Source: Vitrella brassicaformis CCMP3155
Taxonomy: Eukaryota; Protista; Chromerida
Reading direction: 5' to 3'
Assembly: GCA_001179505.1 (NCBI GenBank)
Contig: CDMY01000592.1
Location: 124,001-188,000 of the forward strand
DNA length: 64,000 nucleotides
Of the stretch, positions 22,113 through 34,957 are shown in pieces (position 1 is the first letter of the stretch; every line of letters starts with the position of its first letter). A program made the position numbers and the translations under genes. A model generated the notes under the pieces. It did not search any database. It was not told the DNA's origin and saw nothing but the letters and a program-made list of their open reading frames with translations.

Positions 22113-22435
22113 ATTGGATTAGCTAATTCGAGCTGCACTTGTGCGGTGTGTGTATGTAGACAAGACTACTGACTTGTATAGACAATTGCGTGTGATGTGC
22201 CCTTCACTCATACTCATGTCAATTTATATATCTGTTTTTGATGGATGGATGGATGGACATATCATATGTACGTTCGTTCGTTCGTTGTCCATAGCATGCC
22301 ATGCCATGCGATGCATGCCTGTGTCGTGTCGCTCATCCACACAATCAATACGCACATCACATCTCACGTCTGTCACGGCTCCATGGCATGCACTCAGACA
22401 CGTCACGCGGCAGGTGATGGATGGCATCCTATCCA

Positions 22436-24868
22436 TCACATGTCGATGACTCGCGACAGCTTCTGAATGCGATTCAGCAGTGCATCACCCTACAAACCAC
22501 ACACACACACACACAGAGGGAGAAGAGGGACCATATGTCGACTTTCTGACGGCGCCATCCCATCATGTTTGTGGCCGTCTGTTCTGTCTGTCTGACCTGT
22601 TTGATGGTTTGCAAGTAGAGTGCGTTTCTGGCGTCGGGTCTGTTGGACTCGATGATGCGCCCAACCTTGTCGATCTTACAGCTCAACTTGCCCGTCGCTA
22701 TGAAACCTGCCACCTCACTGATCAGTCAGATCAACACATCCACACCATGAGTGACTGCCACACATGTGCCAATGCGCCCATCACGTGTGTGTGTACGTGT
22801 GTGTACTTTTCCATGAAGTCGGGCGACACGCCGAATGCTGAGGCCATGGCCCCGAGTGTGACCGACTTGTAGGGCTCCAGGAACTGCGCATACGCACGCT
22901 GAACACACACGTACCATACGCACACACGACATTCACTAGTGAAGGAAGTGTCGAAGAGGGAGGCGAGTGGTGTACTGTGTGGTGAGCGGAGCGGACCAGT
23001 CGTAGGTTTCGGACGAGGTATCTGTAGTGCAGGTGGAGATAGCGGTCAGACCGAATGCGGTCCGTTATCGGAACTGATGCACACACACACACACACAAGC
23101 GTAGCCTACACAATGGGGAACGAACGAGTGAGAGCTTTGTCGTGTGTGTGTGTGTTGTGTGGCTGTCCTGTCTGTCGACGTAACGTACTGAGTTTCTCCA
23201 TGAATTTCTTGTAGTCCCCCTGGTAGAAGGAGTTCAGGAAGTCACGCAAGTCGTGATCCCCCTGCACACACAGACACACGTGTCTGTCTCTCTGTCTGTG
23301 TCTGTGTGTCATCGATGGGTGTGCCCCACCCACCTGCGTCACTTGAAGCACTTCGGGGGCGTGCACAACCTTCTCACGCAAAACAGGCCGACCCAAGGCA
23401 ACCTACACACACATACGCACACACACACACACGGTGGGTGCCTCCCAGACAGAGGCCACGTATGAATCTGTCTGTCTGTGTGAGAGTGTGTGTGACCAGC
23501 ACCATGCTGAGCACGACGGTGTACTGGATGAATCGTTCGAAGGAGAGCAGCTCTGTGGCCGTGAAGGTCGCCACCGCAGACAGAAACAACTCAGCAGCTG
23601 AACACACACACACAGCTCTCCTCTCTCTCTGTGTCTTTCTTTTGTGTCGGTGGCGCCGCGGTAGCTACCCTCTTTGAAGCTTCGGATCATCATGAGCATG
23701 ACGCCCTCGTACACCTGACGTGCACATGCCCACACGGCCGGGCCGCCCACAAGTCAGCCAGCCAGCCTATACGTGCCACTCACTCCATCCCCCGCTGCGC
23801 TGCGCTGCGCACCTTGAGTTTGTTCCGCCGCTCCCAATCACCGCCCTTCTCCAACTCACTGCAGACAAACACAGATCGATAACACAGATCGATATAAACC
23901 GCCAAGCAGTGAGATAACTCGCAAGGTGCGACGGACGATAGTTTCCTCACTCCTTGGCGCGCTGCACGTTCTTCTTTGTGAGCGAGAGGTCGTGTGTGAA
24001 GATGCCCAGCCGCACCAGCGTCAGGATGATGTCCAGACGGCTGCCGGCACCCACTGTCTTGTCGTACGCCACCTGGTACGCCTCGATCGCCGCTTCCTGA
24101 TTGATTGACCACACGCACACACACACGTGACACGACATGAGTCAGATGATTGTGTCCATATAGCCATGATGCTGCTTGCCTTGTCCCCGATTCTGCAGTA
24201 GAAGTGTGCCTTTTCGAGGAGCCCGTCGCGGACCTCAGTGTCGCCGAGGTTCTCCTCTGCGTCCTTGATCTTGTCCTCCAGACCCTTCAGCTCATCCTCA
24301 TTGGCCTTTCGCAACGACTAAACACGCACACGCACAAGGAGACGATACGCGCCACGCCCTGTGTTGCGGGTGTGTCTGTTGTGTGTGTCTGGTCACTCAC
24401 CTCGACGAGTGACTGGTCGACGGGCCAGCCGAGCGACTCGCACAAGTGCGTGTAATACGGCAGCATACCTGCCAGAGACCACACACACACACACACACAC
24501 TGCAGTGTGTGTTGGTTGCGCGTAGGTACCGGCTTGCCTACCGTCGGCGCGTATCTTCATCATGATTTTTGCCTTGGCCTCTTCCTTGTTTGGTGCGAGT
24601 GCGTCGGGCAGCGTCAGCTCAAACCGCCAGTCGGCTATCTCGTTCTCGGGCAAATACTTCTCCGTCGGAGGCACTGGACGACTGAACAGACCCTCGCACA
24701 ACAGCACACACAAGAAGGCGCATTCTTGCTGTGATCTCTCTCTTTTGTGGTTTTTTGGGTGTATGGTTACGAGGTGGTTTCCCCGCCTGTGGCATCGATG
24801 CCCATGTCCTCGTCCTCCCGCTCGTCGGCGGGCCGAGAGGACATGGCCTGGTCCGGCAGCTGACTCAT
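22436..24868 (-). CDS. RPN7: 26S proteasome regulatory subunit RPN7/PSMD6
   Basis: About 13 exons: KIKDAEENLGDTEVRD, EKGGDWERRNKLKVYEG, LFLSAVATFTATEL, AYAQFLEPYKSVTL, CKIDKV...NRPD, GDALLNRIQKLSRVIDM*. Confidence 0.95.
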
Positions 24869-25097
24869 GATGTATCCCTTGCAAACAGAACAGATGGATC
24901 CGATAGATCCACGCAGACAGCCTGCTGTCTGTCACGGGAGAGGTCGCTTCTTCTTCTGCACCTAAGCTCGCACCCAGTCTTGAGGGGAAGGAGAAGGGGC
25001 GGAGGTCGACATCCTCGGCATCCGCTTTTGGAGTGCTGACGCTGCCCAGATCTTTCACGATTGATTCATTGCGCGGCCTTGATTCTACTTCGCATCG

Positions 25098-26077
25098 ATG
25101 GCTGACGGAAGGAGCTCTGCGGCCGACGCCACCGACCTGCCCGACGCCCACACACCGCCATCTGGCCATGACGACGTCATATCGCTGACGCACGGGACGG
25201 CCGAGACGATCCTGAGTGAGGCGCTGCACATCCTCAGCAGCCAGCAGGGCGGTTTGGAGGCTTCTGAGGAGATGCAGGCCATCATGAAGGAGTGGTGCCA
25301 GAAGCAGCGGCCATCTGTGCGCATCGTTGTGACCCCAGAAGGCGGCCCGGCCCAGCGAGGCACTGCCTGCGCAGCCTGCCAGACCGACCCTTCACCTCCA
25401 TCGGAGTCCAGAGCCCCCTCCCCCTCTCCCTCCCCGCCGCAGCCCACCGTGCGGCGCCCCATATGCGCGTCTATGGTTGGGTCTGCTGACGACAGCCACG
25501 AGCTGAGTGTGGTCAAGGCGCTGCTGATGCTCAAGAACCTCCAGCCGAGGGGAGCCCCGGATGGCGGCGGCGGTGACGGGAGCTCCGGCCCGACGAAACC
25601 TCATGGTCCTGTCGTGGCGGCTAGTGGTGGTGGTCGTAGTGGCGGTGGTGTTGGATTGGTAAAGGAGCTGATAACGCTGCAGCAGAAAGTCAAGGTGGGC
25701 AGCTGGATGGATGGGGGGATCGGGGGAGACGGGAGGCCGATGAATGCGGACCTGTGGGGCGTCTGTGTGTGTGTTCAGATGTTACAGGAGTCGTATCGTT
25801 TGTTGCGTGCCGATGTCCTGTACCTCAACTTCGAAATGGAGGTGAGACGAGGGAAGGACAGACAAGGGGCGGGGCAGACACACACTCGGCCGCCGGTACG
25901 GGTGTTTGTGAATATGTGTTGTGTTACTCCTCCATCCATCCATCCATCCATCCATGCATGGTTCAGACGTGTTGCGAGTGGATTGTGGAGTCGTTCAGGC
26001 AGTGCGTGCAGCAGCAAGTGCACGAGTACCAGTGGCAGCAGAATCGGCTCAACAAGCTGGCCAAGGTCCTGAACTAG
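25098..26077 (+). CDS. Hypothetical protein with C-terminal coiled coil
   Basis: Three exons in frame, ending LITLQQKVK|MLQESYRLLRADVLYLNFEME|TCCEWIVESF...KLAKVLN*. Confidence 0.7.
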
Positions 26078-26399
26078 CTAAGCTAACTCACGACTAACGA
26101 CGGGAATGGGCGGCAAAGGATGCACTGCAGCTGGGGGGTTGAGAGTACCAATGAGAGGGAGTGTGTATGTGCATTGCACGCTGGCTGCATGGGAGACCTT
26201 CGGTACTTGCATTGCAGTACATACATATGTCACGTTATGAAGCTCTTGTTCCAAATCTATGTCTCTCCGTCAATGACAATGCTTATGGACAAAAGAACTG
26301 TCAAATATAAAATGTTGGCAGCGATAAGCCCTCTCCTGCAGCACACACGCTGCGGAACGGCACATGTGTGTGTCTATTCGATGGGGTGCTGCATACCTG

Positions 26400-28060
26400 A
26401 CGAGTCGGTGTGCCATGCAACTGGTGACCCCCGCCACTACTAGCACTACCATTACCCCCGCCACCACCACCACCACCAAGGTCGCCGGTTCTACCACACG
26501 GTCAAGGTGCGGCCGCCCTGTGAGGACGGGCGATGGACGAATGGGGCCGGGGACAGAAGGCGGCAAAGGACCACTGTCTCCGCAGCCGAGACATCGGCGT
26601 CTCTGGACCGGTTGGCAAAGTCTTGACATTGCTGCTCCAGACACACACACACACACACACGCACAGCAGAGAGAGGTGGAGGATGTTCTGTGTGTGTGAG
26701 TGTGTGTGGATGGAGGAAATGGCTGGGGGACTGGACACTCTGCTGACTCACTGACTGACACGTGTGAAGCTTACATAAATTGATGGTGACGTGTTTGCAG
26801 TGCGACACCGACACGGTGGGCCATGTCACGTGCGCGTCTGGTGGAATGGTGGGGCCAATGTTGAACTGATTGATGCACACAGAGTGAGTGGGTGACGTCT
26901 TGGTGGACTGACTGGACACTCTGCTGGCTCACTGAATGACTGGTGCGGCGCGTGTGCTTACGTACGTTGATGGTGAACCCTTAATTGACGTCGCGGCAGT
27001 TCGACACCGACACGGTGGTGGGCAATGTGGCGGCCTGCAGAGGGTCAGACCAACACGGACATACATGTCTGTCTGTCTGTGTTTGGCACCTTTTGTTGCT
27101 ATGTGTGTGCACCTGCAGCTGCCGGATCGTGTTCTTGAGCTGGGCCCATAGCAGCGTGGATTTCCTTAGTCGTCACAAATGGAGGACTTCGACGGCACTG
27201 ACGTCTGCACGGAAAAGCAATGCGACGATGACTGGTCGATCCACGAATTCCCTCCCTCTTATGCTCCACGGCGACTCACCGATGACTTGATGGTCACTCT
27301 GCTCTTCCATCGCGTGCTCGCCATGTTCCGCAGAGTCCCTGATCATTTGATGACCAAGGAAGTCATGCAGCTCCCTCAGTCTGTCCTCCATCCGCTTGAG
27401 GCTGATGTGGTCGGCAGGGGAGGGCTCACATGCACAGCAGCACAGGGTGGCCAGCCACGCCTCCACCGGCTTGACCCAGCGCAAGTCGGCCCTCTCGTGT
27501 TCCCGCTCATACAGTGTGGTCAGCGGCAGACTCCTGGTCGAGAAGAGGTCTGTCTTGGTCTGCTTGAAGGTCTGCTGTGGCTGCAGTGCCTCCTTGGCGT
27601 GCCACACTGCCACTGCGGAACTCCTCCCGGTAGCCATCCTCGTCGTCATAGCTGCCCAGTGATGATTCCTCCTCAATCCACTCCCAACCCACCAGCAGTG
27701 CCGTCACGTCGTCCAGGGTCTCGGGCGTGCCCGTGATGCACTGCTCCTGGTCTCGCCGCTTGCCGACGGACAGAGGGACAGCGGCAACTGGACCCTCCTG
27801 CATGAAGGGGGGCGGCTCGCCGGCAGCACGGGCACAGGGCACAGACTGTCCTTGAATGCACATCGAGGAGGCTTCTGGTGTGTTGCCTTTTCTCTGCAGA
27901 GACCTCGACCATTGGATCAAGAAGGAAGTCGTGCAGCTCCTTAAAGCTGTCCTCCATCTGCTTGAGGCTGATGCGGCTGGCAGGGGGGTCGCAGGGCACA
28001 AACTGTCCTTGAATGCGCATCGACGAGGCATCTGGTGTGTCGCCCTTGCGCTGCTGCTGA
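26400..28060 (-). pseudogene. Decayed, internally duplicated gene of an unknown family
   Basis: Protein-like segments switch frame near 27900 and 27600. Duplicated modules and a duplicated exon+intron unit; one copy has an in-frame stop. Confidence 0.55.
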
Positions 28061-29576
28061 ATTGAAAGCCTTAGGAGGCAAGAGGGCGGAAATAAAGCTG
28101 GGGCGATGAAGAAACGGAAAGCTTGTTGTCTCTGGAGTCTGTCTCGCGGCGAGAATTCGCGTTGCGCAGGGAGCTCATGGGAAAGGTTTCAAGGGAGGGA
28201 GGGGATATCTATGGATGCCGGCTACTCGCACATGCATGCAGGTGAGTGTTACCGACCAGAAGAAATGTCTGTATGTGATTCATCACGTGGCGGTGCATGC
28301 CACTCATTGTGCTGGTGCACAACGCACAGCCATCCATGGATGCCTGCCATGGTGTTTCCCGCCGCATCCCTTCAGAGTGGTTCATTCATGCGTCTTAGAA
28401 CATGACGCACTTGCACTCACACGCACACACACATAAACGGATGTATGAACGAGTCCATGCACTCACATAAAGACACACATCACATCACACACAATACACG
28501 CATGCATGTATCAAGTCACGCACCATGGATGGACACCGTGACATATATCACCAATAGATAAGACAGATCTCCAAAAAAACACTCACTCACTCACACACAC
28601 CGCGCACCATGCACATATACAAGAGACACGCTCCTAGCGCGAGCACCCCTCGCCCCCTCCCTGCGGCCAGCCAGCGACGAAAAAGGTACCAGCAGTCAGT
28701 CACTCAGGTAGTCCACCACTTGAGCCAAACAAACAAAACAAACAAACTGATGTTCTCTGAGCCATGACGGTCGATGGCTGTTGTCCATTTGCCACAATGG
28801 CCGCATGCCAATGGCCAACGACCTTAGCCCAAAAGACACACACACAATTCCAATCCGACCAATCCAATCAAATCAGTCAGTCAGCCAGTCAGCCAGACAA
28901 ATGGATCACCAGCAGCCAGCCGTCCCTGATTGGTGTAGGGCGGCGGTCTCGAGATGCATAAAAACCAGCACCGACGAACAAACCGACCAATAATATGTAT
29001 GTATGATAAAACCACAGCCACTCCGCGGGGAAAGAGACCACGGCATGGCACGAGTGGGGGGAGTGTGGTGTGGTGTATGCAAGTCATGTCATCCGGGCCA
29101 GCATAGAAAAAGCTAGCTTGCCGCCCCATGCACACACATACACATGCACCTTCACTCGCCTTCAGTGCCTCCACACACCAGCAAGCAGCCCACCCTCCCC
29201 TCCAGCCCGATCCAGTCAGTCAGTCAGTCAGTCAATTAGCGTCGTTGGCATACATACACATTTGCATGTTTGCAGCCATGCATGTCACGTCACGAACTAA
29301 ACTCGCGTCCCCGCTCACTCGGTCAGGCCACAAACATACAAATCCATGTATTGTATGTATGCCGGGATGTAGGTATTTAGAAACGAATGAAAATCAGCCA
29401 CCCATATACTGACTGACACCAGGTATTGTTGTCTGCCTGGTGTCGGCTGTCGGTTGCCCCTCCCTCCCTCCCTGACTGCTGCTGCTGCCTCCGTCCGTCC
29501 GTCCTTTGTTGGTCCCCCCCGCTGGCTGTGCAGCGACCGACAGCCTGGCGTGAATGGCGGCGGGTCACTCATTCAT

Positions 29577-32500
29577 TCATTGATGGAACCGATGGTCGTG
29601 GGTCGGTTGGACTGCCACTGCCCCGACTCCACTGGCCGCCTCTTTGCCGCCCATCAGGCTGTCGCTGTCCCGCTCGTCGCTGACCCCCTCCATGCCGCCC
29701 ACTATCCTCACGTGCGACCGCGGCCGCCCTCGATTGATCTCCAGGCCATCCAGGCCACTAAGTCCGCCCCTCAAGACCGACCTTTCCAGGGGAGTGGCGG
29801 GCGGCGTAGCGCTGAGGGGTGGCGAGTTGCTGCTGCAGCGAGTGACGGCTGTGGTGGGTGTGGTGGGGCCGGCAGTGCTGCCTGTCTTGATGGGGATGGG
29901 ACCCCAATCAAACGAAGACGAGGAAGCAGCGTGGGGGGCTGCGACTCCATTGCTTGCTGCTGTCGGCACACTTGACAGATCCAAGTGAAGTGGCGCCGGC
30001 GAGCGGCCAACCTGACAAGACCCAGGCAACAAGGGACAGATACCAGCGTGCTGCGCATGTCTGGTGCCAGTCTGTTCCCACCGCGTCTTCATTGACGGGC
30101 CTCGGTGTGGCCGACACAGACCGCTTCAAAGCGCCGGGGGACCCCCCACTGCTGCTTGCTGCACCCGTGTATGGGTGGCCCACTGTGGAAGTAACGTGCG
30201 ACAGCGACGCGGTACTCGGCGGGGCAGAGACGGGCCCATGCGCGACAGGTGGCCAGGCGAGCGCCGGCACATGGTAGGGGAGGGCACGAGGGGGCGGCCT
30301 ACCATAGGGCAGCATGGGGGGACGACAGACGATGTGGCTCATCGGGACTGACGCAGCAGGTGAGTGGAAGGGGACCATCATCAGGCTGTGACGCTGCTCG
30401 TCCTCTCTGGAGGCCGGGCCGAACGATGGGACAGGGATGAAGATGACGCCATTGTAAGGCATGGCCAGTGGCATTTGGGGCACGGCCATGTTGGGCAGAT
30501 GCACCGACCTCACGAGCACCGGGGGGACGAAGGAGAGCGATGCGGGCGACTGGGCGGCCGGGAAGAGCCCTTGTGCGGTGAACCACTGGATGAGTGCAGG
30601 GGGGATGATGGGTGCCTGTGGGAAAAAGTGACGAAGCTGATGCGGCACCGGGGCTGACGACGAGGCACTCGACTGCCACAACACCTGCCGACAGCAACAG
30701 AAACGAACACGAAGGTACCTACTGAGGGGTCCGTGATTGCCGCCGGCATGTGCCCTTCCTTCCACCCACCCTGACTGACTGACCCTGCGTGTGTCGACCT
30801 CGATGACGTAGATCCTCCAGTCGGTCTCAAAACCCTGCCGGCCCTTGCCGTCACCGTAGTCGATCTCAGCACACACCACCACCACCGAGTCGTCCACGGC
30901 AAACAGCACGTCAGCCTCCAGCACCAGAGGCGACCGGCCGCTGCCGCCTCTCCAGTCCTCAGGCCCGCCATCCAGAGGCACAGGCACCACAGAGAGCAGT
31001 GCGCCGGCCCCGCCCCCCTTGCTGGTCGGTGACGTGTTCTCCACTGAGTAGAAGGCGAGCTCCAGGCAGGGCAATGGCTGGATCTCGTGTATGTGGTCAC
31101 TGGTGAGGCTTATGGCGGCACCCAGTGCACGACCGAGCAGTGATGTCTTGTCCTTGGTCTTCTTGTCCTTGGGCCGGTCCGTGTATGTCGTGAGGGTCGG
31201 CTGCGAACACACGACAGCGACAGGGACGACGTTGCCCACATTGGCCGCCAAGCCGTTGAGGGCCAACGCCCCGCGCCTGGTCTTCTTGCCGGTCGTCTTG
31301 TCACCCCCATCCATGGGGATGGGCCAGGGCCGCTCCGGCGAGCTCGTGATGGAGATGGATGCGAGGCAGTAAGGCACGGCGAGGGCGAATGGTCCGCCCA
31401 GGGTGTCACGCTGGCGCAGCATGGTGACATCGTAGACGTCCACATACTCGCCCGACATGCGGTGGCTGACGAGGGTGCGGCAGCTGGGGGCATACCTGAC
31501 CACATTGGGGACCATGGTGCGGCTATATTGCCATGTCGACACACGCGTGCATGTCCCGGTGGCGCTGTCGATCTCCACGTGCCAATGGAATCCGCTCCAG
31601 GGCCCACCCGGCCCGCCGTAGGCCAGAAAGGAGAAGGCAGGCGGGTCCGTCAGCACCCCACCGCCCACCCAGCTCAGGCCGAAGAAATGCAAGCCACCTC
31701 TCTCCCATGTGGGTCGGCGAAGGGATGTCATCTGCTTGCACTCAGCAGCTGTAACCGGCGATCGGGGGCTCGTGGGAGTGCTCGTGCGCGAGAGCGGGCG
31801 GTGCTGGGGGGCACTGGGGTGCGACTGCGGGGTGAAGATGCGCGCCAAGGCCGACAGCCCCATGGCGCCGAAGCTATTGCGGCTGGCGGTCTGAGAGGTG
31901 CGACGATCGGGTGTGCCCACATCCTCCCAGCCCCTGCTGTTGGTGCTGCTGCTGGTGCTGCTGCGGGTCTCCCGCCATGTGCTGCTGACCGACTGGTGGT
32001 CGGGGTATGGGGAGGCCTTGACGCGTGTCTCCATGAGGAGATAGACGGGGCTGTCGCCGTCGACTCCCAGGCAGAAGATGAGGTTGGGAAACGCGTGATG
32101 CACCAGCAGCGAATGGGGCTGCAGTCTTCTCAGCAGCCGAGGGCCCATGGGAGTCGACAAGCCGATGAGTGTGGGTCTGAAGGTCGGGGGACGTGAGGGC
32201 TCGTCACCCAGCGGCTGGGCGGGCGGCAGTGACCGGATCGGCGGGGAGGGGAAGGGCGGATGGGGCAGCGAGGGAGACACCGATGGAATGCCGACGTGAG
32301 GCACATACGACACCGTGTCACGGCCATATGGGCCATATGGAACGTCTGCACAGTACAACACACACACACACAAGCCATCCATGCATCCATCCATCCATCC
32401 AGCACCCACGTGAGGCTCCCTCCTTCCTGCCCTGCCCTGTGGCTCCCTCCCCCCCCCCTCCCTCCCTCCAGCGTACGTACATGAGTGGTTAGAGTGCAGA

Positions 32501-34048
32501 CTGGTGATGGTTGAAACGGTGGTGGCCACGGGCGAGTATGAAGGCGTCCGCGAGTGCATCAGTGGGGAGGGCGTGAACGACGGTGGGGGCGACACGGGCA
32601 CGTAAGACGGGTTGAAGGGGCCAACAGGAAGAGGCACGTACGAACCTGACAGACAGTAAACCATCACACAGACACAGACAGACAAATGCATTCATCCACC
32701 TGGAGAAATCATGCAGAACACTATTCTGATGCCAGTTACCTACCTCCGGCACCGCCCGCAGAATCTCCTGGCTGCCGCTGCCGAAGCATTGACAGTGGCA
32801 CCTTCCATACGCCGATTTGCATTTGTCCTGGTGCGTCTTCGGCCCCATCGGTCTCAGTGCGGCAGACGGCGGCCATGAGGAGGTACCCCTCGGCGCCATG
32901 GTGGGAAGGCGCCACCAGTGTGCCCGCCAGCCATTTGTCCGATCCCGTGAAGAAGAGCTGGTCCTCGTGTGTCGACAGCTCCATGAGTGTGGCGGCTCCC
33001 AGGGACTTGAAGACGAATCGCCTCTTGCCGTCGGCAAAGAGCACGAAGGGGTAGTCCGGGTGGCTCATCATGCCCATGTCCGTCGCCACCGGGTACAGGC
33101 CTTTGGACGGCACTGTCCATCCCATGTGAGGCCTCTGTGGCTGGAGCACGAGGAACGACCCGGTGTGGCCCGACAGGTCGGCCCATTCACTCGTGTCGTC
33201 GGGGTTGCCCTCCCTGGCCGCTGCTGGGTTTGTGAACCAGAAGGGCACACAGAAGGTGGCAGGGGGGCGCGCCGGCGATGTGTGCGGGGCGACCAGGATC
33301 TGGCTGGCGGACATGATGGTCGCGTCGCGAATACCGTACTGACGGGCACGGAACGCCTGAAACCAACGAGCGACCCACCAGTGAGAGAGAGGGCAAGCGT
33401 ATCGGTCTGTCTGTCTTTGTATGGTATGAGAGCACCTACCTTGAGGAGGTTGAAGCATCCGTTGGCGTACGCCATGTGTGTGAGTGTGAGTGCCTTGCAC
33501 ATCTGCCGACATCTCTGCGGGCCGGACGCCACCTCGGGGTGGTGCTTGCGGTACTTGTGCAGCACCTCACTGGTGTACCGCTCACACGCGAAGCGACCCC
33601 ACACGGCCGCGTCAGCCTCCCGCACACCACGCAAAAGTGCGCGCGATGTCAGCTCCAGCGGCCGCGACTCGCGGGGATGAGCTATGACCAGCTCGGCAAC
33701 CAGGACGGCCACCCTCGGCTCGGGGAAGACCGCACACCGCGACGCTCCTTCGTCAGCAGGCAGTGATGGTGGTCCCTCGTGGCAGCTCTCCCTCTCCTCG
33801 GCCTTGGCGACCCCATCAGAGCCGCTCGTGTGGCGGCGGCTGTCAGAGGCCTCCTTGGTGTGTCGACGGAAGAGCGACAGAGGCAGACTGCGCTTGCGCT
33901 GGACGGGATGGTGGTGTTGCTGCTGGGATTGGTTGTGGCCCGTGCAGTCGACGTCCGTTGCGCTGTGTTTGAGGCCGCCTCGCCTCCTGTGCAGCCAGCG
34001 GAAGTGGGTCTGCATCTTGGGCAGCGACACAGCCGGCCTCTCACTCAT
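29577..34048 (-). CDS. Large hypothetical protein; possible N-terminal F-box-like motif and beta-rich repeats with Pro/Ser-rich inserts
   Basis: Long exons (34048-33440, about 33358-32745, 32645-32490, 32347-30790, 30688-30085, 29980-29577) with GT-AG ends; inner boundaries approximate. FPEPRVAVLVAELV...LELTSRALLRGVREADAAVWGRFACERY is F-box-like. Confidence 0.7.
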
Positions 34049-34305
34049 CCTGCCTGCAACCACACAAACACCAGTCACTGGGACACCACTGTGCTTTGCT
34101 TCATCTCGGCCGTCAGCTTGCATACCTTCAACGATAATGGTGCGGGCGAAAAAATGCCCCTCAGCTCGCCAGCGATACCCTAACCCCAGAAACCCTAAAG
34201 CCTGGACCACGGCCTTTCTCTCCACTCTTCCTTCCTTTGGTCCGTCCGGGCTGCACAGGGGAGGCCTGGGGGGGCTGTGTGTGGCAGTGGGTTGTGGGAG
34301 TGGTG

Positions 34306-34957
34306 ATGCAGCGCGGCGGCTCGCTGATCTCGGTCCTTTCCCGACGACCATCTGCAGTGCTGCTGAGGCCTCCTTACGCGCTGCACTTCGGCACTGACGC
34401 ACTGCCCAAGATCACGTTCGTCAAGAAGATTTATCAAGACGGCTCGACCTGCCAGAAGTGCGCATTTGTCGAAACCCAAATGAGTAAGCTACTTGACGTT
34501 CATCACCTGGTACGGGCTTGTCTGTCTGTCTGTCTGTCTGCTGTGTGTTCGCAGCCAAGGATGGTGTGAGGGACAAGATCGCCCGCACTGTGGTAGCCGA
34601 TGAGAGGGATGAGTCATCAGGTCTGTGTGTCTGCGTATGGGTGATTCGCTTCTCGGTGCATCTGTGGTCTGTTGCCTCCCACTTGTGCGTATGTGCGTGT
34701 GCGCTCAGAAGGGATGGTTCTGGCCAAAAAGCATAACGTTTCCAAGGTGAGACGACGGCCAGGCTCACAACAGACGGACAATGGGGGTCTGCGTGTGTGT
34801 ACGACTGAGTGTTCAGGCGCCTTTTTTTGTGGTCGAGGATGGCTCGAAGGTGTCCGTGTATGAGGTCTACTTCACGCTGAAGAAGGAGGTGCTGGGCGAG
34901 CAGACATCGAGCGCATCGAAGAGCGAAGAGATTGCACGTGACTTCCTCAAGATGTGA
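34306..34957 (+). CDS. Small thioredoxin-like CxxC protein (140 aa) with probable mitochondrial presequence
   Basis: Exons 34306-34483, 34555-34620, 34709-34746, 34817-34957 total 423 nt: ...KITFVKKIYQDGSTCQKCAFVETQMTKDGVRDKIARTVVADERDESSEGMVLAKKHNVSKAPFFVVEDG...YEVYFTLKKEVL... Confidence 0.85.

Noticed and set aside
28060-29570. 1.5-kb gene-free stretch as a possible ncRNA or mobile element
   Set aside because: Only short low-complexity repeats (CA, CAGT, AAAC); no terminal repeats, target-site duplication or credible ORF.
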